A stretch of 64,000 nucleotides of DNA from the human T2T-CHM13v2.0 reference genome, Homo sapiens, in the NCBI RefSeq assembly GCF_009914755.1, contig NC_060929.1. One strand, written 5' to 3'. A program made the translations under genes and the position numbers. Below, piece after piece: positions 42,967-56,230 of this stretch. The first letter of the stretch is position 1; every line of letters starts with the position of its first letter. The notes under the pieces are model-generated. The model saw nothing but the letters and a program-made list of their open reading frames with translations, had not been told where the DNA came from and made no database searches.

Positions 42967-43029
42967 ATTACTCAACCATACCCTATTTTGAGTGACTCTA
43001 TTACTCAACCATACCCTATTTTGAGTGAC
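42967..43029. repeat. Perfect 30-bp direct repeat, period 33
   Basis: ATTACTCAACCATACCCTATTTTGAGTGAC at 42967-42996 and 43000-43029. Confidence 0.95.
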
Positions 43030-45499
43030 AGTGATTTGATTCAACCATGACATTGAACAGCAGATTGAATTACCAGGGTGTTGAGTTTACTGAAGGGAAA
43101 GACAAAACAAGGTAGAAAAATAGTGGCAATGGAAAGAGGCAGAATTTGGTGGCAAATGGAAGGTAATGGAATTAGTCTGCTATCTGAAAGGGCTGAGAGG
43201 GTGAGGATTATTCTCATGAGCCCATGAAGTGTTTTTTTAAAAACCATGTACAATTCGAGTTCTCTGTGAAATGCTTTCTGTGTCACGGCAAAAATAAGGC
43301 CCTGTTTCTTAGCCAAAAAGAAAAACAAAGACACATTAAAAAAGAAACAAACTTGTATGTTTGAAAATATGACTTTTGGTCTTAGAAATCCTTTTCCTTT
43401 TCTTTCTTTTTGGATTTGTTCTATGGTAAATGGAAGAGCAGGGTTCGATTACCTTCCTTTTATCTCTGCTCCCTTTTCTGGTGGTGTCTGGATTCCACTA
43501 GACTCTCTTACTGGAGTGAGGATACAGCCATTTGACACATAACTGGAGGAAATACGACTTTTTTTTTTGTTTGCAGCTGTATTGTATTCCAAAAGGAAAT
43601 GTGGTTCTATTAAAAGTTTGCTATAATCTTAAGTGTCTGGGCTCTGATACAACTGTGCACTCATAAAGAACGGGTCAAACAGTCTTTTGAACATTAGGTG
43701 CTAAATGGTCTCTTTCTGGAATATGCTGATTTTCTCCATTTGAGATTCAAAACTTTGTGTAAAAATTTGCTTCTCCACCAAAAGACGGCTTTTTTCTCTC
43801 TCAAGAATTAAAGAGGAATGTCTAATGTAAACACTTAGTCCAGTGTGAATAATTTTATCTTGGCTGTAAGACACTTTTGAAATAGGTTCATATGAAGGTT
43901 CAAAGTTAAGTTTGTATGTAAAATACATTTCAGAACTTCCCAACCCTCATGTCAGGTACAGTATATTTGACAATAAGAGATCAATTTTCTCTATTCACTC
44001 TGTCAACTAAATACATTTCCCCTTCATTCTATTTGTTTCAATAGAATGAGACTGGCTACTTTTGGCATTTGGCATTTGTTATAGTAGCTTGTATTTTTTC
44101 CAGATGACTTTAGTGTATATGTCAGCACAGTGTTCATAGAGCTATATTTTTTAAAGCAGAATTTAGTCTAACTCTTTTATATAGAAGAAAATAAAGCCAT
44201 ATGGAAAGATTTCATTTTTCAAATGTACTTTTAGAGGACAGAAATTTTAAATTCTGCTTTTGTAGAAAGCAGGTTGAGTTTGTTTCATGTCATTTTCACT
44301 GTTGATTCTGAGTTTGCACTCAGAACATTGCACTGACTCTTGGCTTCACTTGCTCAACATGTCTCTTGCCCTTGTGTTTAGGCAGATATGAAGAGGAAGG
44401 GGGACTTGGGCAGATATTTCGGACAGCCAGGCAAAGTCAGACATTCTTGGAAACTGATGCAATCTAGGTTTCAGAAGAGATTGTAAAGCCCCAAAGACCT
44501 TTATCTGTTCCACAGTGATGCACTGGGGAGGACTCCAGCCAAACAATGGCATCTGTGGCCCCTGGTGGATTGACACTTAAAGGCCAGCTAAAGTGGGAAA
44601 CACTTTCCCAAGATAGCTGGACTGCCTTCACTTGGAGATCTGACCACTTTGTAGAATTTCAAGAAAATTCTCATGGAATCATGGAATAAAGATGTCAGCC
44701 AAAAGCCCTATATATGTGTGCAACAATCTGCTGTTTGAAAAACAAAAATCCTATGCAGTGTGGCTTGTAAACTACACTTTGCTTGAGAAAGATAATGATT
44801 ATGACTAGAAATACATCCAGGTCTCTTTAAAATACCAAGCACCGCACTCATTTATGAATGTGTGAATGTTGATTGCAATTAACCATGATTGGGTAATATG
44901 TCTTCTCACTTCCAGCATGGGCTGGAGCAGGTTGGAGATTTTGAGAACACCTGTGATAGATGGAAGCCCCAAGGGGAAAAACAGGTTCTAATGGGAAAGG
45001 CCAGTTTTAAAAACACAGCTGAAAAAGGGGAACTTTAGGGGGTATTTTCTTTACCAGTAAGCTGCTCCTGGCTATTCCAATGAGAAGAGACCAGTGGCTT
45101 GAATACTATGGAAAAAGCTGGGTAAGCATATTCAAAATTGTGCATTTCTTAACAAAGTGATTGGCAACAAATATAGATTAAAATGAAAGATTCAATAAAA
45201 ATTGAAAGCAGCTGTAAAGTTATTAAAAATCAAATGAGAAAGGACAGTATATACTTGTTTTTAGCTGTTTCATTTTTTTTTGTTCTGGATTCTTTTAATT
45301 TTGGTAATATCTAATGGCTTCTAAATAAGACTTGAGCTTTCCATCTTATTGTTGTAAATAAAATTAAAATATTTTGATATGTCATAGCGTGTCTTCCTTT
45401 GGTATTTTTAGTGTCTAATGTAGTATATTTCAAATTGCAGGTTGCAAGTGATTAGTAAGTAGAAGAATCTAACTTGGCTTGTGACCAATATTTTTTCTT

Positions 45500-46060
45500 A
45501 ACATTTTATTGAAGTATAACATACATACAGAAAAGTGCACATGCAATTTGATGCATTTTCATGAATTGAACACATCCCTGTAACCAGCATCCAGATCAAG
45601 AAACACCACTTCCCTAGAAGCCCCCTCATGACTCCTTTAAATCACTATCTCTCCCAAAATAACTCACTGGCCTGACTTCTAACAGGATAGATTAGTTTTG
45701 GCTGCTTTTGAACTTTATATAAATAGAATCATACAGTATGAACTCCTTTGTGTCTGACATGATGCATGGGATTCATCCATATTATTGCAAACAATTGTAG
45801 CACTCCACTGTGTGAACATACCAACATTTATTTATCTATTCTACTGTTGATGAGCCTTTGGATAGTTTCCAATATTTGGCCTCATGAACATTGCTTCTGT
45901 TCATATTGCTTCCGTAAACATTCTAAAGTCCAGTGGTGGACACATGCACTTATTTCTCTTGAGTATGTACCTAAGAGTGAAATTGCTGGGTCATAGGATG
46001 TGGTATGTTCAGCTTTAGTAGATGCTGGAAAAGAATTTCCCAAAGTGATTGTATCAATTC
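45500..46060 (-). mobile_element. L1MC/ME 3' fragment
   Basis: ttttattgaagtataacatacatacagaaaagtgcac...gtgaaattgctgggtcatagg. Confidence 0.8.
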
Positions 46061-47024
46061 AGAGTAAAATATGATAGAATAAATAGAAATATAATAGAAT
46101 TGAATGAAATGGAAAAGAAAACGGAATGTCACACACTGTAGTGGTGACTGTTGTTTCTTCAAACCTTCGTTTCATTTATAGATACTTATGTTTGTTGATC
46201 TTAGTATGAAATATACTCCTTTTAGGAGCTTTCTTTGTGTCCAGTGTATTACACTTTTCTTCCTCTTACTCCTTCCTTTCAGTTTCCCCTGGAAAATGTC
46301 CTGGAAATGTATGGAATAAAAAATGGATGATTGGGTAATGGTTATCCAACAATGTTAAAAAAGAAAGAAAGAAAGAAAGAAATATACCCCTTTTTCTGAG
46401 TTGCCATAAAAAAAGCTTTAAAAATACTTGTCTAATCTTAAGGCTCAAGTCCAGACAATTATATTGACTGTATTGCTTTAATGAGCAAATTGTCCTCGTG
46501 TCAGTGAGTAATAGAAAAAGCATAGTCAAGAGTGGGGAAATTATAAGCTCTTTTAGGATCTGGACCAACTTTCAACATTAATAATATTTTAAAACATGCT
46601 GTGATAAGAGCTACACAAAGAAATGAAAGCATAAGGTTAAATAGTCATTTGATATTTTGAGACAGTCAGAACAGCAACCTGGATAATCTCATGCTGATAT
46701 TTCCCATCCTGGGTATGGAGAATGCTTGTGGAGGGTGCCTTAAAAAGCCTTTCCTCACACTTAGCACGGTTCCAGCTCTGCTAGTTCCCCAACCAGGGAA
46801 ATCAACCCCTCCTCAAGTCCAAGGCAAAGGGACAGTTCCTTCATAATAAGGAAAATGGATACATCACATACAAAACATATATGTCCAAGTTTCCTGATTG
46901 ATCACCTGAAATGGTTGGGACTCAATAAAGAATGTAACAGACATCATAAGACAGGCTATAGTAGAGCTGTCTGTCTGAGATCATATCCTGGCCCTCACTA
47001 CTTACTACCAATGTTTCCTGAATT

Positions 47025-47272
47025 CCCCTCCCTCCCCTTCTCCTGCTGTCTTTCTTTTCCTTCCTTCCTTCCTTCCTTCCTTCCCTCTCTTCCTCACTCC
47101 TTCCTTCCTTCCCCTCTTCCTTCCCCCTTGCTTCTCTCCCTCCCAAACTAACTTAGTTCCTTCCTTCCTTCCTTCCCTCCCTCGTTCCTTCCTTCTTTCC
47201 TCCCTTTCTTCCCTCCCTCCCAATCTTCCTTCCTTCCTTCCTTCTTCCCTCCCTTTTCTTTTCTTTCTTTCT
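47025..47272. repeat. (CCTT/CCCT)n polypyrimidine tract
   Basis: About 250 bp, nearly all pyrimidines on +. Confidence 0.9.
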
Positions 47273-47334
47273 GTTCTGATTATAAGGGTGGCACCTATTC
47301 CATAGTATAGTTCTATCTTTTAGGCTTATAGTTC

Positions 47335-47810
47335 TATTAAAAGTGTAAATCGGATCATGTCATTCCCTTCCTTAATAACCTTCAATGTTCCCATTGCGCT
47401 TATGAAGACATCTTCATGTGGCTTACAAGGCCATGTGCCTTCTGGCTCCTCCTTACCCCTCCAGGCCTGTTTACTGCCATTGCCCTTACTTTGAGCCATA
47501 TTGAACTCCCTTTGGTTCTCTGAATGTGCCAGTCTCACTTTACTTTTATGGACTTACCATGGGCTGTTCCCTTTCTGTATTTCGTACGTGGCCAATTTCT
47601 GCTCATTTTTCAGGATGACATGTTCTCCAGAAGGCTTTTGCAAAGTGTGACTCATTTGCCCTCGCTCCCATGGATTCCTGTTCTTTTCTAAATATGCTGT
47701 CTTGTATTTGCTTGTTTAATTTTCTTCCCCACTGGATATAGGCTCTGAAGGAGCAAAGACAATGTCTTTTTCATTCATCTTTGAATCTTTAAAACAGTGT
47801 TCATCAAGAC
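47335..47810 (+). mobile_element. L2 fragment
   Basis: aaatcggatcatgtcattcccttccttaataaccttcaatgttccc. Confidence 0.7.
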
Positions 47811-50800
47811 AATCATGAAACCCAGGAGTAGTCTCTGAAGGGCAAAATTGCAGAAGGCTTTTTATTTTCATCTTTCTACTTATCTATTGTTATCAATTTT
47901 GCTACAATGAGCATGCATTACCAGTATTATAAAATTATGAAAGTTTAAAATGAGTTAAGTATCAAAATGTAAAATAAAAAAACTCAGATAACTGTAGGAA
48001 AAGGATAAAGGGCGGCAACACATTAGTGAATCTGTTATCTGTGGCTGGTGTTTAAAGAGTGGTAGAATTCAGGGCCCCTGTCTGCCCCCATTTCCAATCC
48101 CATATTTGTTAATAGGACTTAGGGGGTGGTATTATAGGGTCCAGCCTTAAGGGCAGGTGGAATCAGAGAGGAAATGAATTTAGTTCAAGAGGAACAGGAT
48201 CATTTAGAAGAGACAGATGGGACCAGCTGTGAAAGTTCTTTGGAAAACTGGGAGAAAAATAAAAGGTTTCCAAGTAGAATAAATATAAGAGCTGCAGAAC
48301 CAGGAAATATGAGAAAAGGCAGGAGGAATAAGAAGCACAAAGCATATTAGAGAGAGAAAAAGGGCTAAAAGAAAGAGAAAGTAAGAAAGGAATTGGGCTT
48401 AGTAGGGGAAAATATATATCAGGAAGATATTTTAGGGGGTAGATCAGGAAGGAACAGAAAGCAGGAATGTCCACACACCCTACTCAGAGAAGCCTATCTG
48501 GCCTCCTGCTGGCAGTAGATCTGCCTCATCCAGCCCTCCAGGTGCAGTCATCATAGCCACAGGGTCCTGCAGGGGACTCTGAAAAGTCTCCTTGGGTCCC
48601 TCTTTTCTTCGGGAGGTTTTGTCTTCCTAACTTAAGTGCACTGGGCCTCTAGTGTGAGCCATTTATTTATGTTTTGAAATGTGAGTGTTCAGTGTGAACT
48701 TTCCCTCGCCTGCTGTATCTGTGTGCCTGGGACAAAAGACATGACTGAGCTGTCAGTGCTCTGAAGTATGCAGCCTGCCTGGAGGTCAGGTCACAAAGCA
48801 AAACTGCTTAAAACGTACGGGGCTCCTCTCGGGAGACAGCTCAGAGTCCATGCAGCATTTGTCAGCTGGGCTGAAGATGGAATTGAGGACAAAAAGAAAC
48901 ATCCAAAAGAGCACTCTATGAATGGAAGGACTCCATAAAGTGTTTTAAACTGGTGTGAAGTCAGGTTTGAAGTGTGGAGGTTGGAGGGTAAGCTCTCTTT
49001 CCCCTGGAGCCTAAGTCATTCTCTGGCAGATTTTCAGAAAACGAGTTGTGGTAGGTACAAAATGGCTGCAATGAGACTCACTGGCCATGAGTCTTCCTGC
49101 TAGTTTACCCAGGTGAAGACTATAGATCAGGGTTTGAAGGTTGGTTTTAACTCAAGTACTGACTCCGACCGATTGACAGAGGCTCTCTGGGGCTCTGTTT
49201 TGAGAACGATTCTAGGCCAAAGTCCAGTAGTGATCATGTTTCCTTGGGCTTAAGAGGGGCTAGTGGTCATACTGTATCACTTATTTTCTAATCCTGCCAT
49301 AGATTATACTTTTAACCATGAATAATTGGTCTTAGAAATGTATAATCTTGGCCATTGTCTAGTGAGTCCATCTAATAAAACTGATCTTGAAGTTGAAAGG
49401 GCTAAGGCAGGAGGTAGTTAAATAGCCTCCATGATGCCTGGGGAAGAACTTAGCCTTCATGAGATCATGAAATTCAATATGTGGAACAACATGGGCTGAA
49501 GGATGGGAACTTGCTTTACGTTGCGGACTTGAATTTATTTATGAGGCCACAGAGATTATTATTGAAGTTGGTTGTTAAATTTGTAAACAATTATAGAAAG
49601 TAGGGTTAGGCAGAGCTAGTTTGGCCCCTTGGCTTCAAGAACTCATCTTTTTTGGCTCTGGCATGGATTTCAGAGAACTTTTCACTTTTTGGTGTTGTTC
49701 TTTCATTGGAATAATTCACACACAGTGTTACATTCTCCAGTTCAGAATTCGAGTGTGATGTTTGATGACCCGTTGTGGAAACTATTCATTTTGCAGATCC
49801 ACATGTTCAGATGATAAATATGGAGGGCTATTCAATCTCTGTCTTTGGGAAACTGTTATGATCTTGTAGAAATTGCACTGGTTTCAGAGTGAGATAGTTC
49901 TAGCCTCAAGTTTGGGCTCTGCCACACTAGGACATCTTTGACAAGTTATTTAACCTCATAGTTTTAGATCTATTTTAAACCTATAAAATGAGGATAATAA
50001 TGACTTCTCATGCAATTGTGAATGTTATCTGTTGGGGTTCTTAGCTGCAGATAACAGAATTTGCTTTAGCTAATTTAAGCAGAAAGAGATACATGCTCAT
50101 AGATCATTGGAAATGCAGAAAGAATGGTCTCTAGGCTTGGCTTCCAAAATTTACACTGCAGAACTGGCCTGCTAGGCAAGTTGCTGCCACAGCGGGCCCC
50201 ATAGCAGGTTGCCTCTGCCCTGATGAGAAACTGATAAATCAAAAGCTGTCTTTGCTGTTGCCAGTCCTGGAAGAGCCCAATGCCTCCATCTTCATGCTTA
50301 TCAAAACATTTGGACTCACCTGAGTGGCCTCCACTTCTTATTGGGCACTTCCTTCCTTCTCCCACCCTCAGTCCTGATATGCTCCTCTTCAAAAAGTTAT
50401 GGTCAGTTCTACGAAGATGACCTCCAGATGCCTTGCACCTGGTCCTTTTTTCTTTTACTGCTACTTTGCTTTCCTCCTGCTCCTACTCATTACAATTTTT
50501 TAACCTTAAAGACACAACTCAAGTTTTACTGTTCCAAGCTTCATAGAATTAAGTTATCTCTCTCTCCTTTACATTTTAAAATAATAAATTGTCTGATTAC
50601 CTTTATTTCTTCTGGTATTGTCTTTGCCTATTATCTTAAAATTTTATTCTGTGGTTTTTAAATGTGTTTTTGATCTGCTCTCCTCAACTAAACTGTAAGT
50701 TTCTTGATAGTAAGGATATACATAAAATTTGGTGGTCTCTATGGTACTTAGCACATGGTATGTACTCAACAAATATTGGTTGCTAACAAGCCAACTGGAA

Positions 50801-50841
50801 GGTTAGCTGTTAGCATACTTGGAGCTGGCTCCATTTGGAAC

Positions 50842-51120
50842 TGTAGTGGATGCTGTGATGAGCTATCCAGGTTTCCCTTTGGGATTTATTCCTCCAGCTA
50901 TTTGATCTCAAGTTGGGACAACTCTGAAAGGATCAACCCAGATTCAGAGGCCCCTCTGGGGTTGGCTAAGGTGTTTGCTGAGACTGCATCAGCTCAACTT
51001 CTTCTTCTCAATCCTGCTTCTGTTTCTTTCCTTCATCAGGTGCTAATCTCAACAGCACTTCCTAGTAAACTTTCTTCATGCTAATCTAAGGGTGCTTTCT
51101 TGGGAATTCAACCTGCAACA
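50842..51120 (+). mobile_element. LTR16-type solo LTR, probably internally deleted
   Basis: TGTAGTGGATGCTGTG...AACCTGCAACA; perfect 5-bp TSD GGAAC at 50837-50841 and 51121-51125. Confidence 0.8.
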
Positions 51121-53409
51121 GGAACCTTGTGATAAGATAAAAAGCAATGAATAATTTTAAGGTTATGAACTTGGTTAGATATGTTTGGGAAAATTAAAAG
51201 AAGCAGTTCCAGTTCTAGCAAGGTTTTTTTACGCCTTGTATTTAAAATCAGAGCCATGTAATTATTATTATCATTTGCAAATGAGGATCCTAAACCAAAT
51301 TAATGATTAAAGTGTGTCTTTGCATGCAGGTAGGATTTATCACCTTATTCAGAGAGTGATGTGTGAATCCACAAATAGATCTGTGTTAATATGTATATCT
51401 TATTTATTATATGCAGAAACCTTATCTAAAAGAATTGGTGATTTGTCTTGCATGATGAAAAACTGAATAAATCATAATGTTAATAAAAGACTATTACCTG
51501 AGTTTTCCAAAAGAGCATAAAAACAAATGAGTTGAACTAAAAATAAAAATAGAACAAATTTGTTTAAAAGTTGAATTTTTGAAGACTTATTACCAATTTA
51601 ATATATAAATTGCTTTATTAATTTATTGTTTTACAGTGAGGATTATGCATTTTGGAAGATATTAACTGTTATTTTGTAACAATTCTATTTACAAATGAGA
51701 CTACATTTATTATGGAATTTGTAATTATACTACATGTATAACATGGCTGTCTTTCCTCTTCTCCTCCCCTAAATCAGTCATATAGTTAAAAGCAATTCTA
51801 GATTTCATCCAGTGAGTCTATGTCTCTTAGTTTACATACAAGGATAAAAGAGATGAAAAATCATGTCTAGAGTCAAGATCCATCTATTAGCCAAGGCAGG
51901 CACCTAATCCAGGATCTTCTAATTCCTCTCATTGTGTGTGGTAGTCTCTTCCCTGCTGGGGATTATCTATGTAAATCATCTCTCACTCAGTGCTGAAGGA
52001 TGGTTTTTCTTACTCACTTTTTTTTTTTTACACTATGCTAAACAATTTGGAGCATTCACAGATCAGAGCATCTGAATTCCATAAAAATTACAAAAATCCA
52101 AGCAAGTTTAATTCGGTCAAGAGATTGATTTTTTTGGTTTCCCTGGTGCCCAGCAGGTGAGTGGACAGAAATATTTACTTCTCAAATTACGATTCTACCT
52201 ACTATGATGGCACATGGCTGCTTGATAGGAACACATATGTAGAAGATGAGGGCGGGGGCATATTCTTCTCTACCTTAAAGATAATTAAGTCCAACTCAAA
52301 GGCTCAAGAATGAAGGGAAGTCTACTTCCCATAAATCAGCTTTATACGTCATCCTTCCTTGCCTACAGAAATACCAGAACCTTAGGCTTATTCCTCTCAC
52401 TTGAGGTTGGGAAAATGTTGATTGGCCTTGGGCTTGTGGGGCTGTGTTTCTATATTTATTTACAAACTTGGAATCATTCTTAGACTTCCAGTAGGACAGA
52501 AGTAAAGTATGTCTATCAAGTTAGCCTGGACCGAAGACTGAGCCAGTGTTAAGCACTGTGAGTGGTGATTTAGCTTTTACTTGGCTAATTTGCTTCTCTT
52601 AGATAACCAAATGATCATACAAAGCAGAGTAAATGTTTTGGCTATATTTGGTTGCCTTTATGAATCAAATCTACCAGGACAGAAGGAACTTGTTCTGCTA
52701 CTTCTAGAAAGGTGAGGGCTCGCCAGAGCTGTTTTCCTACAATCTGTGTACCACAACGAAAACAAACAAAATGAATAAACCTGATCTATAACCATGAAAA
52801 GAAAAGGAAAAAAATGGAAGTAATGTATGTGAAATCCATTGTAAGAATAAATCTGATATTCGGCTTCAATGGAGTTTAAGGTATCAGTACCTAAATTTCT
52901 TTGTCGGGGTTATAACACAATTTGGAAAAGTAGTTTTCCAGCTCTCTGTGACTTCCTCAACCCCAAACAGATAATGCTTAAAATTGTTATGCATTAGATG
53001 ATAGAAGTTTGGTTTCCAGATCCTGATCCTCTAGCAATAACTACCTTATTAAGCACAATTATTTCTTTTAGGTGAAATAAAATGTCAGCTTGAAATTGTG
53101 CAGTTGCAACCTGTCTTGGGAAGAGCTCATTCCCTAGTTCTCACACAGTGATGTTTATAGTTCTTCTCATTTCCCAACAGTTATTGATTACTGGCAGATA
53201 GCTTCTTCCTGACATGCCAGCCAGAGTATATATGTGTCTACGTATTCTTTCTGCCAGATGCAGTCTTCAAAGTTCTAATTTTTACCACTAATAGTCCATT
53301 ATATTCAAGGATTATCAATATACATGGTGGGGTTTTGTGCTTATACTTATAAACCTCAATGTTGTACAAATTCCTTTTTTCTGAGGCCAGTTCTATATTA
53401 GTACCACTA

Positions 53410-53650
53410 CTATTACTACAATGGCCATTCATTGAATGTTAGCCATTGGCTAGACTCTGTGATAGAGGCTTTGCACATACCATATTTAATCCTTTCTGTA
53501 CCAGTGCAAGTTAGGTATATTATACCCATTTTGTATATGAACAAATTGAGGCTAAGAGAAGTGAAATAACTTACCTGGGGTCCTGCAGCTGGTTTCTAAC
53601 AGACTTGGGATTCAAAGCCAGTTCTGTCTGGGTTCAAAGCTCCTGATTTT
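53410..53650 (-). mobile_element. MIR
   Basis: cccattttgtatatgaacaaattgaggctaagagaagtgaaataacttacc. Confidence 0.8.
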
Positions 53651-54364
53651 TCTTTTTTTTTTCACTAGGGAAATATGTTCATGTGATGCAAATAATTTGG
53701 AGATGAATTAACCTGCCCATTTTCCATATAATAGCTTAATACAGAAACATCCTACTTTTTTCCCTTTATTATAAATGCGAAGTCACCCCGTTTGTCCGTA
53801 GAACCTAACATGGTAGTCGTAATGCTTAAATTGCAAGCCGTCTATGGTAGTGATACAGAGTGCCTGGGTTTGAATCCCCTCTCAGCCACTTAGGAGTCAT
53901 GTGGCCCAGGTAAGTCATTCATCTTGGTCCCACATGGAGCTCTGCAGCAGAAATCCCATGTTAGATTTGTCCTGCCAAGAAGCAAGGGGTTTGGGCATTC
54001 ATGCTCTCTCCTGACTCAGTCACTGGCTAACAGTCAGGAGATGGGGTGGAGAAGAGAGGATGCAAACACCTGGCACTTTCAGCTCTCTGCACATGTGGCA
54101 GAGTGATGCACTTGTGTTAGCCACAAAAGCACCAAGACACTGAGGAAGGCGGGTCACACTGAACTGGTAAACCAGGTCTGAGGGTTCTGGCCAGAGTCTA
54201 GGCAGAGTTCTTGCAGTGCGGGAACCATTTCACTCTTCATCTACTGCACTGCACACATGTCCTGTGCTGTTGGGATGGCTGTTCTGTGCCCAGTTCCTGC
54301 CATGCTTCAGGGCACCTGGGATCCCTTTCTCCCTGCCTCCTTTTTCTCCTCTTGAAGCCCGGTG

Positions 54365-54720
54365 CTGGGACACTGAGTATTGAAAGAGGGGTATGGTAAA
54401 GTCCCTGCCATTTGTAGGGCTCACCATCTTGTGAAGATACAATTGTACACAATTAGCTAAAATAATTCCTAAAGACAATGAAATTGGGGCCATAAAGAAG
54501 TAAAAACTCTGTGCTATGGGAGCACAACAGAAGTAGAGGATTCAGCTGAGGGCTGTAAGGAAAGGCTTCCTGGAAGTGGTGGCATGTCTGCTAAGCCTTG
54601 AAGGATAAATATCACCGAGATTTTGAGACGAGAAAGAAAAGGGGAGGGCATTGCAGATTGAAGGAACAGCATGAGCAAATACTGTAAAGCGTGCAGTTTG
54701 CTCAGGGGCTAATGGATATT
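54365..54720 (-). mobile_element. L2 fragment
   Basis: gtgctatgggagcacaac...aaggaaaggcttcctggaagtgg. Confidence 0.65.
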
Positions 54721-55039
54721 CCATTGGTTAGCTGGGATACCTTGGAGGGACACAGGAGAATCAGGGCCTTGGCACTATGGTGGCTTTTCCATCAGGACGG
54801 TTCTGCCCATAGTGGCCAGGTTCAGCAGCATGGTGCTGTTAATGCTGTGGCTTTGTCTCCTCACCCCAAATGTGTATTTTGGTAAAGTGTCCTCCTGAAT
54901 GACTGTATGTAACAGGAGGTTCAAATGAAAGTTTCTATTGAGGCCCAGCGACAATGGAAATAACATTCTAAACTGAAGCATAACACCATGATTTACAAAA
55001 CAGGTAGTAAAAAAACTTAGACCCCTTAGTCCTTCACCT

Positions 55040-55732
55040 ATATTGAGTGTGTAAAAGGATTGAGGAGAGGAAAACCTAGGAGGATTTGTGCGGAGCATTT
55101 TGGGGAGAGTAGCTTCCAACCCAAAGGTGCTCCCCCTGGAGGAGTTCTTCCTCATTGACTTCAAGCGAAGAGAGAGGGGCTTCCAGGACACTACTTTGGA
55201 GCTGTGTGTCTCTTGAGCTTAGGGGATGCAGTCAATACTCATGTCTGACTTCACCTGGAAAGTCCAAAAGGTGAGAGGTGGACTGGCTAGTTGCTCTGAG
55301 CTGAGGCATGAAGGGGAGACGGCCATGGCGGCGGGCTTATCGGGCACTTCGAGGGCTGTCAGGTGGATGACTGGTGTTGCAGCAAGAGATAGATGGCACT
55401 GGGTATCCTTATCTGGCAGGGCCTCATAGAAAGACCCCTGCAGAGGGAAGCTGGAGGTACAGTGGGAGTTCTCAGGGCTGAAGAGGGAACAGGCTGCCAG
55501 CTGGAAGAGAAAGGCATTCTTCTGGTAGCAGATCTGTAGTTTGTAGAGCATCTCCAAAGAACCCAGAAGAGTGCCCATGACACAGGTGTCTTTCTTAGAC
55601 ATCTACTCGGCCCATAGAGTGACAACGCTGAAGTATCACAATAATATCCATGAAGTAGGAATGTACCTGCTCTACTTCCTTTACTTCTGCAGGAGTTCTA
55701 ATTCAGAGGGCTTGGGATGCACATTTAGCAAG
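55040..55732 (-). pseudogene. Candidate decayed coding exon of an unidentified gene
   Basis: Strong acceptor ttttcttcttcccttcttAG (AG at 55733-4); coding-like codon use; in-frame TGA, probable frameshift near 55605, in-frame TAA at 55219-21. Confidence 0.45.
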
Positions 55733-55929
55733 CTAAGAAGGGAAGAAGAAAAGTACTGGGCTATGCAAGAGGGAAGAAATTGTCTTTAGTCCATGTCCTA
55801 ACCTTAGGTTTCTTGACTATAGCAGGTCCTAGCTTGGTAAGGTAGGGGTAAAGGGTAGAGGGAAGAAGTCTTAACTTTGTAGCAAGACAGAAGTTCACAT
55901 GGGATTGGACATTGAAAATAATCGATTGA

Positions 55930-56230
55930 AACCAGGCACGGTGGCTCACACCTGTAATCCCAGCACTTCGGGAGGCTGAGACGGGAGGATTGCTTGAGGT
56001 CAGGAGTTTGAGACCAGCCTGGCCAATATGGTGAAACCCCATCTCTACTAAAAATACAAAAATTAGCCAGGCATGATGGTGCATGCCTGTAATTCCAGCT
56101 ACTTGGGAGGCTGAGGCATGAGAATTGTTTGAACCTGGAAGCGAAGGCTGCAGCAAGCCAAGATCGAGCCACTGCACTCCAGCCCGGGTGACAGAGTGAG
56201 ACTCTGTTTCACAAAAAAAGAAAAAAAAGA
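55930..56230 (+). mobile_element. AluS/J
   Basis: Full Alu; TSD AAATAATCGATTGA / AGATAATGGATTGA. Confidence 0.93.

Noticed and set aside
46855-47223. Arg/Glu/Gly- and Pro/Ser-rich ORFs
   Set aside because: Translations of the (CCTT)n microsatellite.
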